A stretch of 63,831 nt of DNA, the filler included, from Aduncisulcus paluster (Eukaryota), in the NCBI GenBank assembly GCA_024181965.1. It is 6 parts of 6 records of this genome, joined end to end, with 100 filler letters (N's around TTAATTAATTAA, not from the genome) between each part and the next. Parts side by side here need not be neighbours in the genome. Positions count along the whole stretch, not along the records: positions 26,606 to 38,852 come from BQXS01012322.1; positions 38,953 to 44,612 come from BQXS01012325.1; 4 more parts are not named here. One strand, given 5' to 3'. Shown in pieces: positions 34,901 through 44,712 of the stretch. The notes under the pieces were generated by a model. The model saw only the letters and a program-made list of their open reading frames with translations. It did not search any database and was not told where the DNA came from. The first letter of the stretch is position 1; every line of letters begins with the position of its first letter. The position numbers and the translations under genes are program-made.

Positions 34901-37349
34901 TGATCAGGTTGATCGAAGGTAGGAAAGGCTAGGGGTTGAATTGTTGGTTGTTGGGATAAGGTTCCTTTCTCACCATCAACACTGGATGATGTTTGACCGG
35001 TTGTGGCCGACGATTGAGCGGCTGTGGACGGTGAAAGGGAGGAAGAGAGTGAAGTGAGGGCACTTGTAGTAGAGGTTGTGGAAGCTTTGCCACTAATTGT
35101 CTTATGGATAATTATCTTCTTCTTCACGAGTTTCTTGACCTTTTTCATCTTCCGTTTCTTTCTTTTCACAGCCCTATTCTCTGAAATAGACCCCTTCTTT
35201 TCCTCTTCGATACTTTGAATGCCAGACGAGAACATATCGAGGAGTTCTGCCTTCTGGGATTCAATGGTCTGTTGTTGGCCGTCATATCCACCTCGAGAGT
35301 GTACTGAGGATTGCTGAGGATCTGTTGTAAGTGTCTCAATATCTATGACAATCTTCTTCTTCTTCTTCCTCTTCAACCCATTGTTCCTCTTCTATTTCTT
35401 CCTCAACCTCAATCTCAACTATATCTTTGCATTGAGTTGCTTGCGGGAGTGTGGCATCGTGTTGGCATGCTTGGTCATGATGTTGACAACAAGAAGAGGA
35501 GTCCAACTTAACGAGGGAACGTTCTCGAGTACAACCAGTAAGAGCATATTTCTTAATGTCAACAACACATGCTTTCTCAAGAATATCCTCCACAGCGGCA
35601 ATCCAACGCATCAGAAGTGTCACAGTTGTTATCGTGTGTGTTCCTCTATCAATGTTAATGTTGGAGGAGTCTCTTGGAGATATAGCCACGGCATTTGTCT
35701 TCGTGGCACGCTTGGGCTGTTCCATGGATATCGATTCGTCGACAATCTTGATGCTCTGGACGTGATCAGCGGTGTGCTCCATCGATATACTTTCTTCCAA
35801 GATCTCTTCAGCATCCTCAGACTCCACAAGGACATGATGAACATCAAGTGGGAGAGAGGCGATCATCAAAAGGTCAAAACCCATCTCAATAATACGTCCT
35901 TCCACACCAAGCATATTGAGCATACGCTGGAGAGGGACACCGTTGCTATTGCCAAGGGGAGACTCGAACAAGGTACCGTTGATCACAATACCTTTCACGT
36001 TCTTCAGGTGCTCAATAAGACTGGTCATCATTTGGGCCTCTGTCTTGAAATCTACCTTGAACATCTGAGCCTTTCCAGTAGCGCTATCCTGGGTGGTGGT
36101 ACTGGTACTCTGCGTAACTGAATCACCCATGGGTAATGGTATCTGTGGCTGAGGGATGGATGGAGAGGCTTCTTGGATGTGGAATCCCAATGGATGAGTT
36201 CTAGTCGACGATTGATGATAGTCGACAGTAGAATGATGCAGCGACGATGATGGGACAAACTGGAAGGCCTCGTCCAACGAACTAGCTTGAGACGCATCCT
36301 TTGACGAGATAGATGGACGTGCTGTGTAAGGCGATAGAGCTGCGGGGGTAGTTGTGGGAGCAAGAAGAGGAGGGGTTAAGACACCAGACGATGGGTGAGG
36401 ATGAATGTATTTACCAGAGGTGGAGGCATAGCCATCAATGGGTACAGAATCGGGATTGTACATAAGAGATGACAATTGAGGGGCGTCGGTGGAAGCAGAA
36501 GTTGAGGGAAGATCCGGGGCGAATTGGCGAGATGATGTAGTTGTACTTTGAGAGGATAATTTTGATTTTTTAGATGAGTGACTCTTCCCATCTTCGTCGA
36601 GATCATCCTCAGCTCCGTTTAAATCACGGATATAAGGGTGGACGGGAAGAAACTCAGGTTTCCATGTTTTATCGTATATAACGTAAGAAGAGCCGGTTTT
36701 CGATCGAGGTGTTAAAATAATGGCTTCACTTTGTTCAGTTCTATCGGTTAAAGGAGTCGAAACTCCCGTGGAGGGCTCGGTGGACGCATACCCATCACGA
36801 TGGAGAAGAGGAAGCGTGTAGCCACTGGAGACAGTAGAAGATGGAACACTAGTATTATTTTTCTTAATTAGAGATTTTTCTTTAGTATCTTTTATGAAAT
36901 CCGTTGTTTCAGGATCTATTGGTTGTTTGGGTAAATGTACATATTTTTTAACAATATCAAGCTCTGTCAAATAGCATGCATCAGTTAATTGTTGAATATA
37001 ATTATTAATTAATTCAGCAACCCTCTCGAGATCGTAATCTATTGAGGACATGTGAGTAGACAGACTTGAATCAATTTGGGGTGAATCAAAGTCATGTTTA
37101 TATCGTATAACTTCGTCTTTTGCAGGATTTTTTATCTTTTTTAAGGGGGCTTTTGGAGGAACAATTTCTTTTTCCTGCTCAAGGTTAATAGCCTTCTGTT
37201 TAACAATAAATGTTATTATTTTGGAATTAAATGGGGTAAATTAATAAAATAAACAATGTTTAAAAAAAGTTTTTCTAATTATTTCAAGAGAAACAACATA
37301 CCCTGATATCACCATCTTTATGGTGAATATATTCTCCGTCGTGATCCAT
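28907..37349 (-). CDS. Giant AGC kinase of the Greatwall/MAST/IRE/Rim15 type (~2,670 aa if joined), with two frame breaks
   Basis: IEDFLFIDEINCGGFGAV, YAMKVL, HRDIKPDN, KLTDFGLSR, a long activation-segment insert, VGTPFYLAPE, VDWWGVG and terminal hydrophobic motif FSVFSYVN. Four abutting ORFs are linked by +1 breaks at ~35352 and ~32064 and by a gap duplication. Exon 1 is 37349-37302. Confidence 0.85.
30313..30930. repeat. Gap-flanking overlap duplication (299 nt x2), assembly artefact
   Basis: 30313-30611 is repeated at 30632-30930 with one synonymous mismatch seen. Confidence 0.9.
37196..37301 (-). other. Spliceosomal intron, 106 nt
   Basis: GTATGT...AAACAG. Joins the 16-codon exon MDHDGEYIHHKDGDIR in frame to the 571-aa ORF frame. 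Confidence 0.8.
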
Positions 37350-37606
37350 CGAATAACTATATCAATATAATTGAATAATATATACAATGAATACACAACC
37401 TATTTTTCACCTAACGGGAGCAGTGCAAAGAAATTAGACGGAGCAGAATTCATTCATCAGTCGATCAATCATTTTAGGTCCAATTGACTGAATAGGGATG
37501 AAAAATTTATTTTCAACTGTCTTTTCTTGACCAACCAATTTAAATAAAATGTTGTTTGCTATATATATATTCTTTTTTTTTTTTTTGTTATCCGATTTGT
37601 CCTGAT

Positions 37607-38852
37607 ATGGAAAAAAAGGCATTTTCAAATGAGGAACTAAAACTATTCCAACGAATTAGAACACAGTTAGCTAATTTTCAGAGCTTTCCGAAGAGCCGTA
37701 CGTTTATTATATTACAATCATTCATTTCTAAGCCTAAATTGAATATTCGTCATGTTTTAACGATGTTGTTTTAACCATTTTTGTTTTGTACCTATCAATT
37801 ATGATATTTTTACTTGCACTTAATGATGTTTTATACTTTAGAACAGATATCATTGCTAGATGACATTCATGAAAGAATTAAGGATAAAATTTCTGCTTAT
37901 GCTAGGAATGAAGTTACATCTAAAGTGTTAGAATTATATTTACCCCTTGCTGGACCAAGTCAAACAACCCATTTCATTCTTGAGTGTTTACAAGGTGAAT
38001 TTCTGCGTGTCGCCAAACATCCTATCGGTTCTTATGTAGCCTCAGCTGCACTTGAGCGTTCTAGCCTTATATTTAAAGAAGTTATTTCGAAGAACCTTTG
38101 GTCTGAAGGTGAAGATAATCTCATGGTAAGGTGCTGTGAGGTCGTGCAAAAATTGATAGAAAAACGTATTCCAGGAGCTTGGAATAATCTGATTACACAT
38201 TTACATGGATCTCACTTCGCTAGATCAACCATGATCTTGTGTAAGAAATTACTGGCCGCTTCTGTTCAAACTGAAGCTTCTGGCAAATCATCCTCTTCCA
38301 AAGATGCTTCTACTCCCTTGTTATTCCTCTCACCATCTCTTTTGTACTCTGTATCGCGCTGTGTGTGTTCTCTTGGTGATGTTCTTGAGACCTTCATTTG
38401 TGGTGGCCGTGGGATCCACAAAACATATAAATCAAAGCGCCACGCCATGTCGAAAGACTATGCTCACGTTGTGTTCGTGTTCTCTGAATGGTGTTCATGT
38501 GAGGAAGTTCTTCGATCTGTCCTCATTGAGTGGGACAAATATAATGCTGCAAAGAGACAGAAAGTGAAAGATGTTGAATCCGCTATATTCGACGGCATTA
38601 GTGACGTTGTTGACATGCGTCTTGCAGATCAGGATGACAGAGATCGTGGACATCAGGACGATACAACTTTATTGATTAATCAACTCATTTCACAGGCCCC
38701 CGATAGTCCCTCGTTCTTTGAGAAGATATTCCTGAAGCGTATTCCTATCAATATCATCAAAGAGAGATACACTCTTTCTCAAGCCTCTATAAATAGAGCT
38801 ATAAGCAAACAAGCTGTCACTGCATTCCTTGAAGCCCACGACCAGTACATTT
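37607..38852 (+). CDS. NOP9: Nop9/APUM23-like nucleolar PUF protein; 3' truncated
   Basis: AYARNEVTSKVLELYL, FLRVAKHPIGSYVASAAL and LITHLHGSHFARS resemble Nop9 N-terminal repeats. Exon 1 is 37607-37697, followed by intron 37698-37841. Confidence 0.7.
37698..37841 (+). other. Spliceosomal intron, 144 nt
   Basis: GTACGT...CTTTAG. A phase 1 join restores the frame between the 72-aa and 364-aa ORFs. Confidence 0.8.
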
Positions 38853-38952
38853 NNNNNNNNNNNNNNNNNNNNNNNNNNNNNNNNNNNNNNNNNNNNTTAA
38901 TTAATTAANNNNNNNNNNNNNNNNNNNNNNNNNNNNNNNNNNNNNNNNNNNN
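38853..38952. other. Artificial contig linker
   Basis: N44-TTAATTAATTAA-N44. Confidence 0.97.
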
Positions 38953-40512
38953 TCTTTGAAAAACATTTGCGAGCGACTTCCTGCTTCTATTGATGAGTTA
39001 GAGACTTTGAAACAGACTCTACGATCTATTCCTCTTCCTACATTGGGGAAAACTGAAGTAGAATCTCTTGTAGAAGTTGTAAAGAACGATTTCGTTCCAT
39101 TATTGTGGGATATATCAGAACATCTTAAACCTGAGCATCTCCCTCCTCGACTTTCATTCGAGGAACAACAACACCAACTCGAAGCCGTATCACAGGCCTC
39201 CTCCTCGGTCAAAATTTTAAAAAGACCTCAAGAGGTTAGGGGATTAATTTTTATCATTTCTGATGTTGTGATGAACCACCCTTACTTCCGTTTGTCTCGT
39301 GATCTGAATGAATACGCAATTCGGACATATTTGATACAGCAATTTAAGCGAGATGTATATTTAGAGGCAGATTTGCCCCAAAATGAGCCAGAGAGAGAGA
39401 AAGTTGCCCTCCTCCGAATCTCCGAGAAAGTTCGGAATCATTTTGTTCAAAATCCTGTTCACGGTCCAACCATAAAGCTAATTTTGTTTGAAGATTTATT
39501 ATGTCGTGGGATTGAGAAGTATAAACTCGATCTTCTCATTAAGAATTTCCCCCATTCCGATCTTATGGCCTATTGTATCTCAAAAGTGATTAAAACGGCC
39601 CTAAGATTCTCCAAACATATCATTTCAAAATTTTTCAAGCCACTTTGTGAACTATTTATCATGCACAACTCGTTTCCTGATGATTTTGACTCTAAAAAGC
39701 TCACTCAGTTTCGGAATTTCGCCATATTTTGTCTTGGTGCTGTTGATCGTTGGGAACTTGCCGAATCGACTCTTCTTTCCGATGTTTTATTGAGGATTAG
39801 CGAAGAATTTGAGGATCACTCTGAAGATATCATGAAATTGGATACTCACCGCCTGAAATGTCTCTTGATTATCTTCACTCGTGTTGGATATGCCATTGGT
39901 CCTCGAATGGAAGTGGTTGCTGAATCAATCAAATCAAATCTCGTGTTAAATGCTGAGGAACTGCTCACTTCTGCTTCCTTGATCGATTCTCTCAAGAAAA
40001 TCATGGAACCTTTCCTCATCATTATTGATCACGCTCTCGAACAATGGGGTAAGAAGAAAACACACGTTCAGGTCGAAATTGATGGTTTTCTGGGCAGGGT
40101 GAAATCTGAGACGGGGGATCGAATTGAAATGAGAAAACGGTCAGATCTCTCCCTCGAGGAACGAACTGCTCTGAGGAAGAAATTCAGAGAGGCCAAATCA
40201 ATCAAATTTGTTATATTTGATTTGCTCACTGCCCAAAGATGCATCCAAAGTCTCACATCTGAAACTCCATTTCTCACCTTTTCAAGATGTATATCTACTT
40301 TCTATCAAAATACCCGTGGAGAGCGTCCAAACTCTATTTGGTGTTCTCTCAATTCAGCTTCTGAGGCAGGTTGGTACTTATGTGCCTATGAAGGACTCCA
40401 AAGTATGATTACCTGGGAGAAATCTTTCGCAATGAAACGTAGATCATTTGGTTCCGACCTTCAGAGCGATTTCCGCTCAAAAAGAAAGTCTTGGGGAAAA
40501 GAAGAGGAATAA
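38953..40512 (+). CDS. All-helical protein with a probable MIF4G-like domain; 5' truncated
   Basis: Open from the contig edge. ISKVIKTAL, FFKPLCELF, RLKCLLIIFTRVG and KSIKFVIFDLL follow the MIF4G helix pattern. Confidence 0.5.
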   Translation, partial: SLKNICERLPASIDELETLKQTLRSIPLPTLGKTEVESLVEVVKNDFVPLLWDISEHLKPEHLPPRLSFEEQQHQLEAVSQASSSVKILKRPQEVRGLIFIISDVVMNHPYFRLSRDLNEYAIRTYLIQQFKRDVYLEADLPQNEPEREKVALLRISEKVRNHFVQNPVHGPTIKLILFEDLLCRGIEKYKLDLLIKNFPHSDLMAYCISKVIKTALRFSKHIISKFFKPLCELFIMHNSFPDDFDSKKLTQFRNFAIFCLGAVDRWELAESTLLSDVLLRISEEFEDHSEDIMKLDTHRLKCLLIIFTRVGYAIGPRMEVVAESIKSNLVLNAEELLTSASLIDSLKKIMEPFLIIIDHALEQWGKKKTHVQVEIDGFLGRVKSETGDRIEMRKRSDLSLEERTALRKKFREAKSIKFVIFDLLTAQRCIQSLTSETPFLTFSRCISTFYQNTRGERPNSIWCSLNSASEAGWYLCAYEGLQSMITWEKSFAMKRRSFGSDLQSDFRSKRKSWGKEEE

Positions 40513-40704
40513 TGACTCCCACTTTATTTTGTCTAGTATTAGATTAGATGAGTTACCATGAGTGTTTTGTAATCTAGTTAACCAATTCAATAAAATTCAT
40601 TCTTATGTAACCCGCAATGTTGACTAAACTTTGCCCACGAACCATGGGTAGAATTTTGATTAAAATAACTAATATTAGTTTAACAAATAATCAAATTGAT
40701 TAAA

Positions 40705-43700
40705 TCAATCCTCAAAAACACTTTGAAATATTTTTGAAATTTCTTTTTGATCTTCCTCGTCATTTGAAATCATACCGAACTTGCCTCCTTCTTGTTCCAA
40801 CATTACGGCAGCAAGCTTGGCTTTCCTTTCGCTCATCTTCAAAATATGTTGATCGACAGAAGAATCTGAGACCAATTTAATGACGTTCACAGGTCGAGTT
40901 TGTCCAATTCGATGGGCTCGATCTTCAGCTTGCAAATCGGCGGCATAGTTGAAATCATGGTCTAAAAATATCACTGTTGATGCCGAGAATAGATTGATTC
41001 CGGCTCCTCCACACCGAGTGCTGATTAAAATAACGTGAGGATCGGTGAATTTGAAATTATAATTAAATGAACATAATATTTCCTCTCTATCTTCCGTTGG
41101 GGTGGATCCATCGAATCGCAGGAAAGGAATTGACGCATGGTGCAATAAACATTCAATAATGTCTAAAACACTCGTGAAGAATGAAAATATTATGACTTTT
41201 TCTCTTCCGGATGCATGGAAAACTTCCTTTGAATGCTCATCGACACAATATCGAGAGCTTTCAGGATGAGGATCACAACAATCGGAGTCAATAATTATTC
41301 CATCTTCCTCGTCTTCGTCCTCTGGTTTTGTAGATATGAACATATCTTGACTTCCCCTTTCTTCTTCCTCTTTTCCTTTCTCCGGAAACACTTTCTTGCG
41401 AACGATCTTCATAAGCTCCTTCATTTTGTTACTATCCATTAACTGATCAATACATAGGAGATGCTTGTGTAATTGTTTCACGACGATACATATTCCACAT
41501 CGACATTCCCCTTCATGCCCTTGCGGAGGAATATCTCTTGTGAAGCCAGATAGACGCACGCAGCCGCAGCCGTGATGCTCAATCGAGTCACATACACTCA
41601 CAAGGGCAGAATGGATCTCAAAGTCACTGAGCCCGCCGAGAGCCTTCTCGAAATCTTCCTTCGACCCTCGTGCGTGTCGAGGCAGACAACATGCCTGTTT
41701 GACTTCAGAGAACAAGCGTCCCATGGAGGAAACATGTAAGATCGGGAGAGATGCCGATATTTGGGATATTGTATGTTCAGGGTATAACGAAGAGAGGAGG
41801 ATGGGATGGATGGCAGCTTTTCGGAGTTTAATAAGAACGTGAAGAGCAGATGAACACTGAGGCTGGGGTTTAACAGAGCTACTCCCGACAGACATCTTGA
41901 ATCCTTTGGGGTCGGGGGAACATGGATCGACTAACATTCCAGAAGGATCCTCTTCCTCTCTCCGAGAATAAGAAGCCTTCATAGCTTCGGTTGTCTTCAC
42001 AAGTTGGTAAAGACGAGACTGAGTTGAGGTCATCGGAAGAGGCACATAGTGACGGTGCTTTGGAGGTAATTGACATACTTGATCTTTTGTTCTTCTCAGG
42101 ATTAGGGGGCTTAAAATAGATTTGAGAAGTTTTAAGATTAGATTTTCTTCAATATCAGTGGTTTTAATCGAAGAATTATGGAAAATGATTGAAGAAGAAG
42201 AGAGCGAAGAGGAGGAGGAAGGGAAAGAAGAAAGAGATGAAGCTAAAGAGGTAGAGGAGGAAGGAGAAGAAGAAGAGGAAGAAGAAGAAGAAGAGGTAGA
42301 AAGGGAATCATTTCGTCTTGAGACAAGATAGTCAATATATTTGAAACAATCTTGTTCCCCGATTCTCTGAATTTCACTCAAAGTGTCCCTAAAAATAGAA
42401 TCGATGATGCTATTTATATCCTTTCCTCGCCTTCCATTTATGATAGAAGGAATAAGGAGACAAATTGTCGCCAAAAGTTCATTTTCATCGTTCTGAATGG
42501 GAGTTCCACTTAATAACAATCGGTGGTTGGTCTTGAGAGAATTAATAAACTTATATCGATTCGTTTTGACATTCTTAATCATCTGACTCTCATCGAGTAC
42601 TAACCATTCAAACACAAGTGTCGACAAGAATCCCCTGTCTTGTTTTGATGAGAGAAGGGAATATGGCGCCAGTATGACATCAATCTTCGAATATCTCTTT
42701 GACAGCTCTTGTCTCTCCACTCTGAGACGGTCCAACTCTTCCTTCTCACTCTCATTGCACCTCTCGAGGTCACTCACAAGTCCCCCATCTATCTCAGAAT
42801 CTCTCTCAGAGATAGAAATATACTTCTTTCGAATGGATCCGAGTTGGATTTCATAATCAGAAGTCGGAATAACATTCTGCCTATATTTCTTCTTCAAGCG
42901 CTTTAACTGACGCGCAATCTGATTCTTTTGTTGCAAAATGGACTCTTTCTCTTCATTCGCATCGTCTTGCAGACATTTACGCTTCCTTTTCCATTTCTTG
43001 ATACAATTCTTTCTTTGAATAGCCACATCTTTGACAATATCACTCTGGGAACCATTCAAACACCTTCTTATCTCCTTTCTACATGTAATTCTCTCTTTAG
43101 ATGATCCATGATAAACATATGCATGCAAACTAGGAGTAAAACGATCACATTCAGTCTTCCAGTTGTGCAATGTACTATTCGGACAGAATATCAAATGCGG
43201 GAGATGTTTTTCGGAAACATCTTCGTCCTTTTCTTCATCATCATCTTCCTCAATCTCGTCTTCATCTTCCACAACACCTTCGTCCTCCATCTCATTCTCT
43301 TCCTCTCCTTCACTTTTCTCAACAGCGCTGCGTTCCTTTTCTCTAGTCTCTTTCAGTTTCAAAAGGAATGCTAAGGTTTGTATGGTTTTCCCACATCCCA
43401 TTTCATCGGCCAATATCCCTCCGTCTTTAAGAGTCATCAACCAAGCCACACCTTCTTGCTGAAAAGGACGGAGAGTGGCATTCAGCGTTGCAGGGAGGAA
43501 GGGTCGGATGGACGGGTCTGAAGCTGTTGGAAAAGAGGCAGAGAACCCATCGTTGTTGGAATAAATGAAGGCTAACAGACTGAACAATGTCTGCGAACTC
43601 GTGGCTCGTCTCTTTCTAATGCACACAGATGTATGGATATCGTTATCAAAGGAAGCAGAAGAGGATGAGCATGAAGATATGTCAGTGGTTTGACGGGAGT

Positions 43701-44460
43701 CATCAATTCGAGCACGGGATTTACCCTTCCGTCCTTCATTGGTGTCATCAATACCAGAACCTGACTCTTCAACGCCACTCCTATCGCCCCGTTCCTCATC
43801 TGCACTCACATAGCCTGCGACATCGTCAGAAAAGGACATTAGGGGCCCCGGTGAGGGTGACCTGGTGGCAGCATCAGAGAGGGCGGAAGAGGAGAAGTGG
43901 GGAGCAGCGGGGGGATTAGCTTGGGAATTAATTATTCCATTTGCATCATTTTCAGTGATAGGAATTCCTTTTCTTGGGGATAACTCGTCGGAAATTGAGA
44001 AAGGATCATCGTCTTGTTGATCAGGAGTAGCAGGTTCGTGACGCAACACACTCGTTGTTTCTGGCGGATATTCACGCATAGATCCGAATTTATCATCACT
44101 ACTCCAAGCAAAACTATCATTTTCATCTTCTGATGACTTTGTTGAGGTAAAAGGTTTTGCAAGATCTGGTTGGCGTTCAGATGTAACTCTTTTAATGGTT
44201 GATATTGAATGTGATTTACCAATATTTGGGATTTGATCGGGGGTTGTTAACATAAATGAACCGGAGGAGGGAGATTGTGCTGAACGTTGAGATCTTTGCA
44301 TTAATAGAGAAGATTGCCTTTCAATTTCTTCCTTTTCTTCATCTGCAGAAAATTTAAATTGACATACGATTGAATGAAACTTTTCATCGCCTTCAATATC
44401 GTTCTCATCATAATCAAGATAAGTACGACGTTTGTACCCCTTTGATGGGGTTTTATGCAT
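40705..44460 (-). CDS. SMARCAD1: SNF2-family chromatin remodeller, Fun30/SMARCAD1/ETL1 subfamily
   Basis: GGILADEMGCGKT, LVLDESQ, LLLSGTPIQN, LRKAAIHPILL..Y, subfamily-type LSDFEIH, and QAEDRAHRIGQTRPV. The start may be 44460 or 44523. Confidence 0.85.
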   Translation of the reverse strand: MHKTPSKGYKRRTYLDYDENDIEGDEKFHSIVCQFKFSADEEKEEIERQSSLLMQRSQRSAQSPSSGSFMLTTPDQIPNIGKSHSISTIKRVTSERQPDLAKPFTSTKSSEDENDSFAWSSDDKFGSMREYPPETTSVLRHEPATPDQQDDDPFSISDELSPRKGIPITENDANGIINSQANPPAAPHFSSSALSDAATRSPSPGPLMSFSDDVAGYVSADEERGDRSGVEESGSGIDDTNEGRKGKSRARIDDSRQTTDISSCSSSSASFDNDIHTSVCIRKRRATSSQTLFSLLAFIYSNNDGFSASFPTASDPSIRPFLPATLNATLRPFQQEGVAWLMTLKDGGILADEMGCGKTIQTLAFLLKLKETREKERSAVEKSEGEEENEMEDEGVVEDEDEIEEDDDEEKDEDVSEKHLPHLIFCPNSTLHNWKTECDRFTPSLHAYVYHGSSKERITCRKEIRRCLNGSQSDIVKDVAIQRKNCIKKWKRKRKCLQDDANEEKESILQQKNQIARQLKRLKKKYRQNVIPTSDYEIQLGSIRKKYISISERDSEIDGGLVSDLERCNESEKEELDRLRVERQELSKRYSKIDVILAPYSLLSSKQDRGFLSTLVFEWLVLDESQMIKNVKTNRYKFINSLKTNHRLLLSGTPIQNDENELLATICLLIPSIINGRRGKDINSIIDSIFRDTLSEIQRIGEQDCFKYIDYLVSRRNDSLSTSSSSSSSSSSPSSSTSLASSLSSFPSSSSSLSSSSIIFHNSSIKTTDIEENLILKLLKSILSPLILRRTKDQVCQLPPKHRHYVPLPMTSTQSRLYQLVKTTEAMKASYSRREEEDPSGMLVDPCSPDPKGFKMSVGSSSVKPQPQCSSALHVLIKLRKAAIHPILLSSLYPEHTISQISASLPILHVSSMGRLFSEVKQACCLPRHARGSKEDFEKALGGLSDFEIHSALVSVCDSIEHHGCGCVRLSGFTRDIPPQGHEGECRCGICIVVKQLHKHLLCIDQLMDSNKMKELMKIVRKKVFPEKGKEEEERGSQDMFISTKPEDEDEEDGIIIDSDCCDPHPESSRYCVDEHSKEVFHASGREKVIIFSFFTSVLDIIECLLHHASIPFLRFDGSTPTEDREEILCSFNYNFKFTDPHVILISTRCGGAGINLFSASTVIFLDHDFNYAADLQAEDRAHRIGQTRPVNVIKLVSDSSVDQHILKMSERKAKLAAVMLEQEGGKFGMISNDEEDQKEISKIFQSVFED

Positions 44461-44612
44461 TACTATATGAAGAGAAAAAAAAATATAAATGAGGCAATTA
44501 ACCTCAAGATTCCAAAATGGCATCTTCCAGCTAATTTCATTCCCGCGCTTTATTATTCAGAATGGCCACATCAGAAAAAGGTGAAAATATATTAGTTAAT
44601 GCCAACAAATTA

Positions 44613-44712
44613 NNNNNNNNNNNNNNNNNNNNNNNNNNNNNNNNNNNNNNNNNNNNTTAATTAATTAANNNNNNNNNNNNNNNNNNNNNNNNNNNNNNNN
44701 NNNNNNNNNNNN
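44613..44712. other. Artificial contig linker
   Basis: N44-TTAATTAATTAA-N44. Confidence 0.97.
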
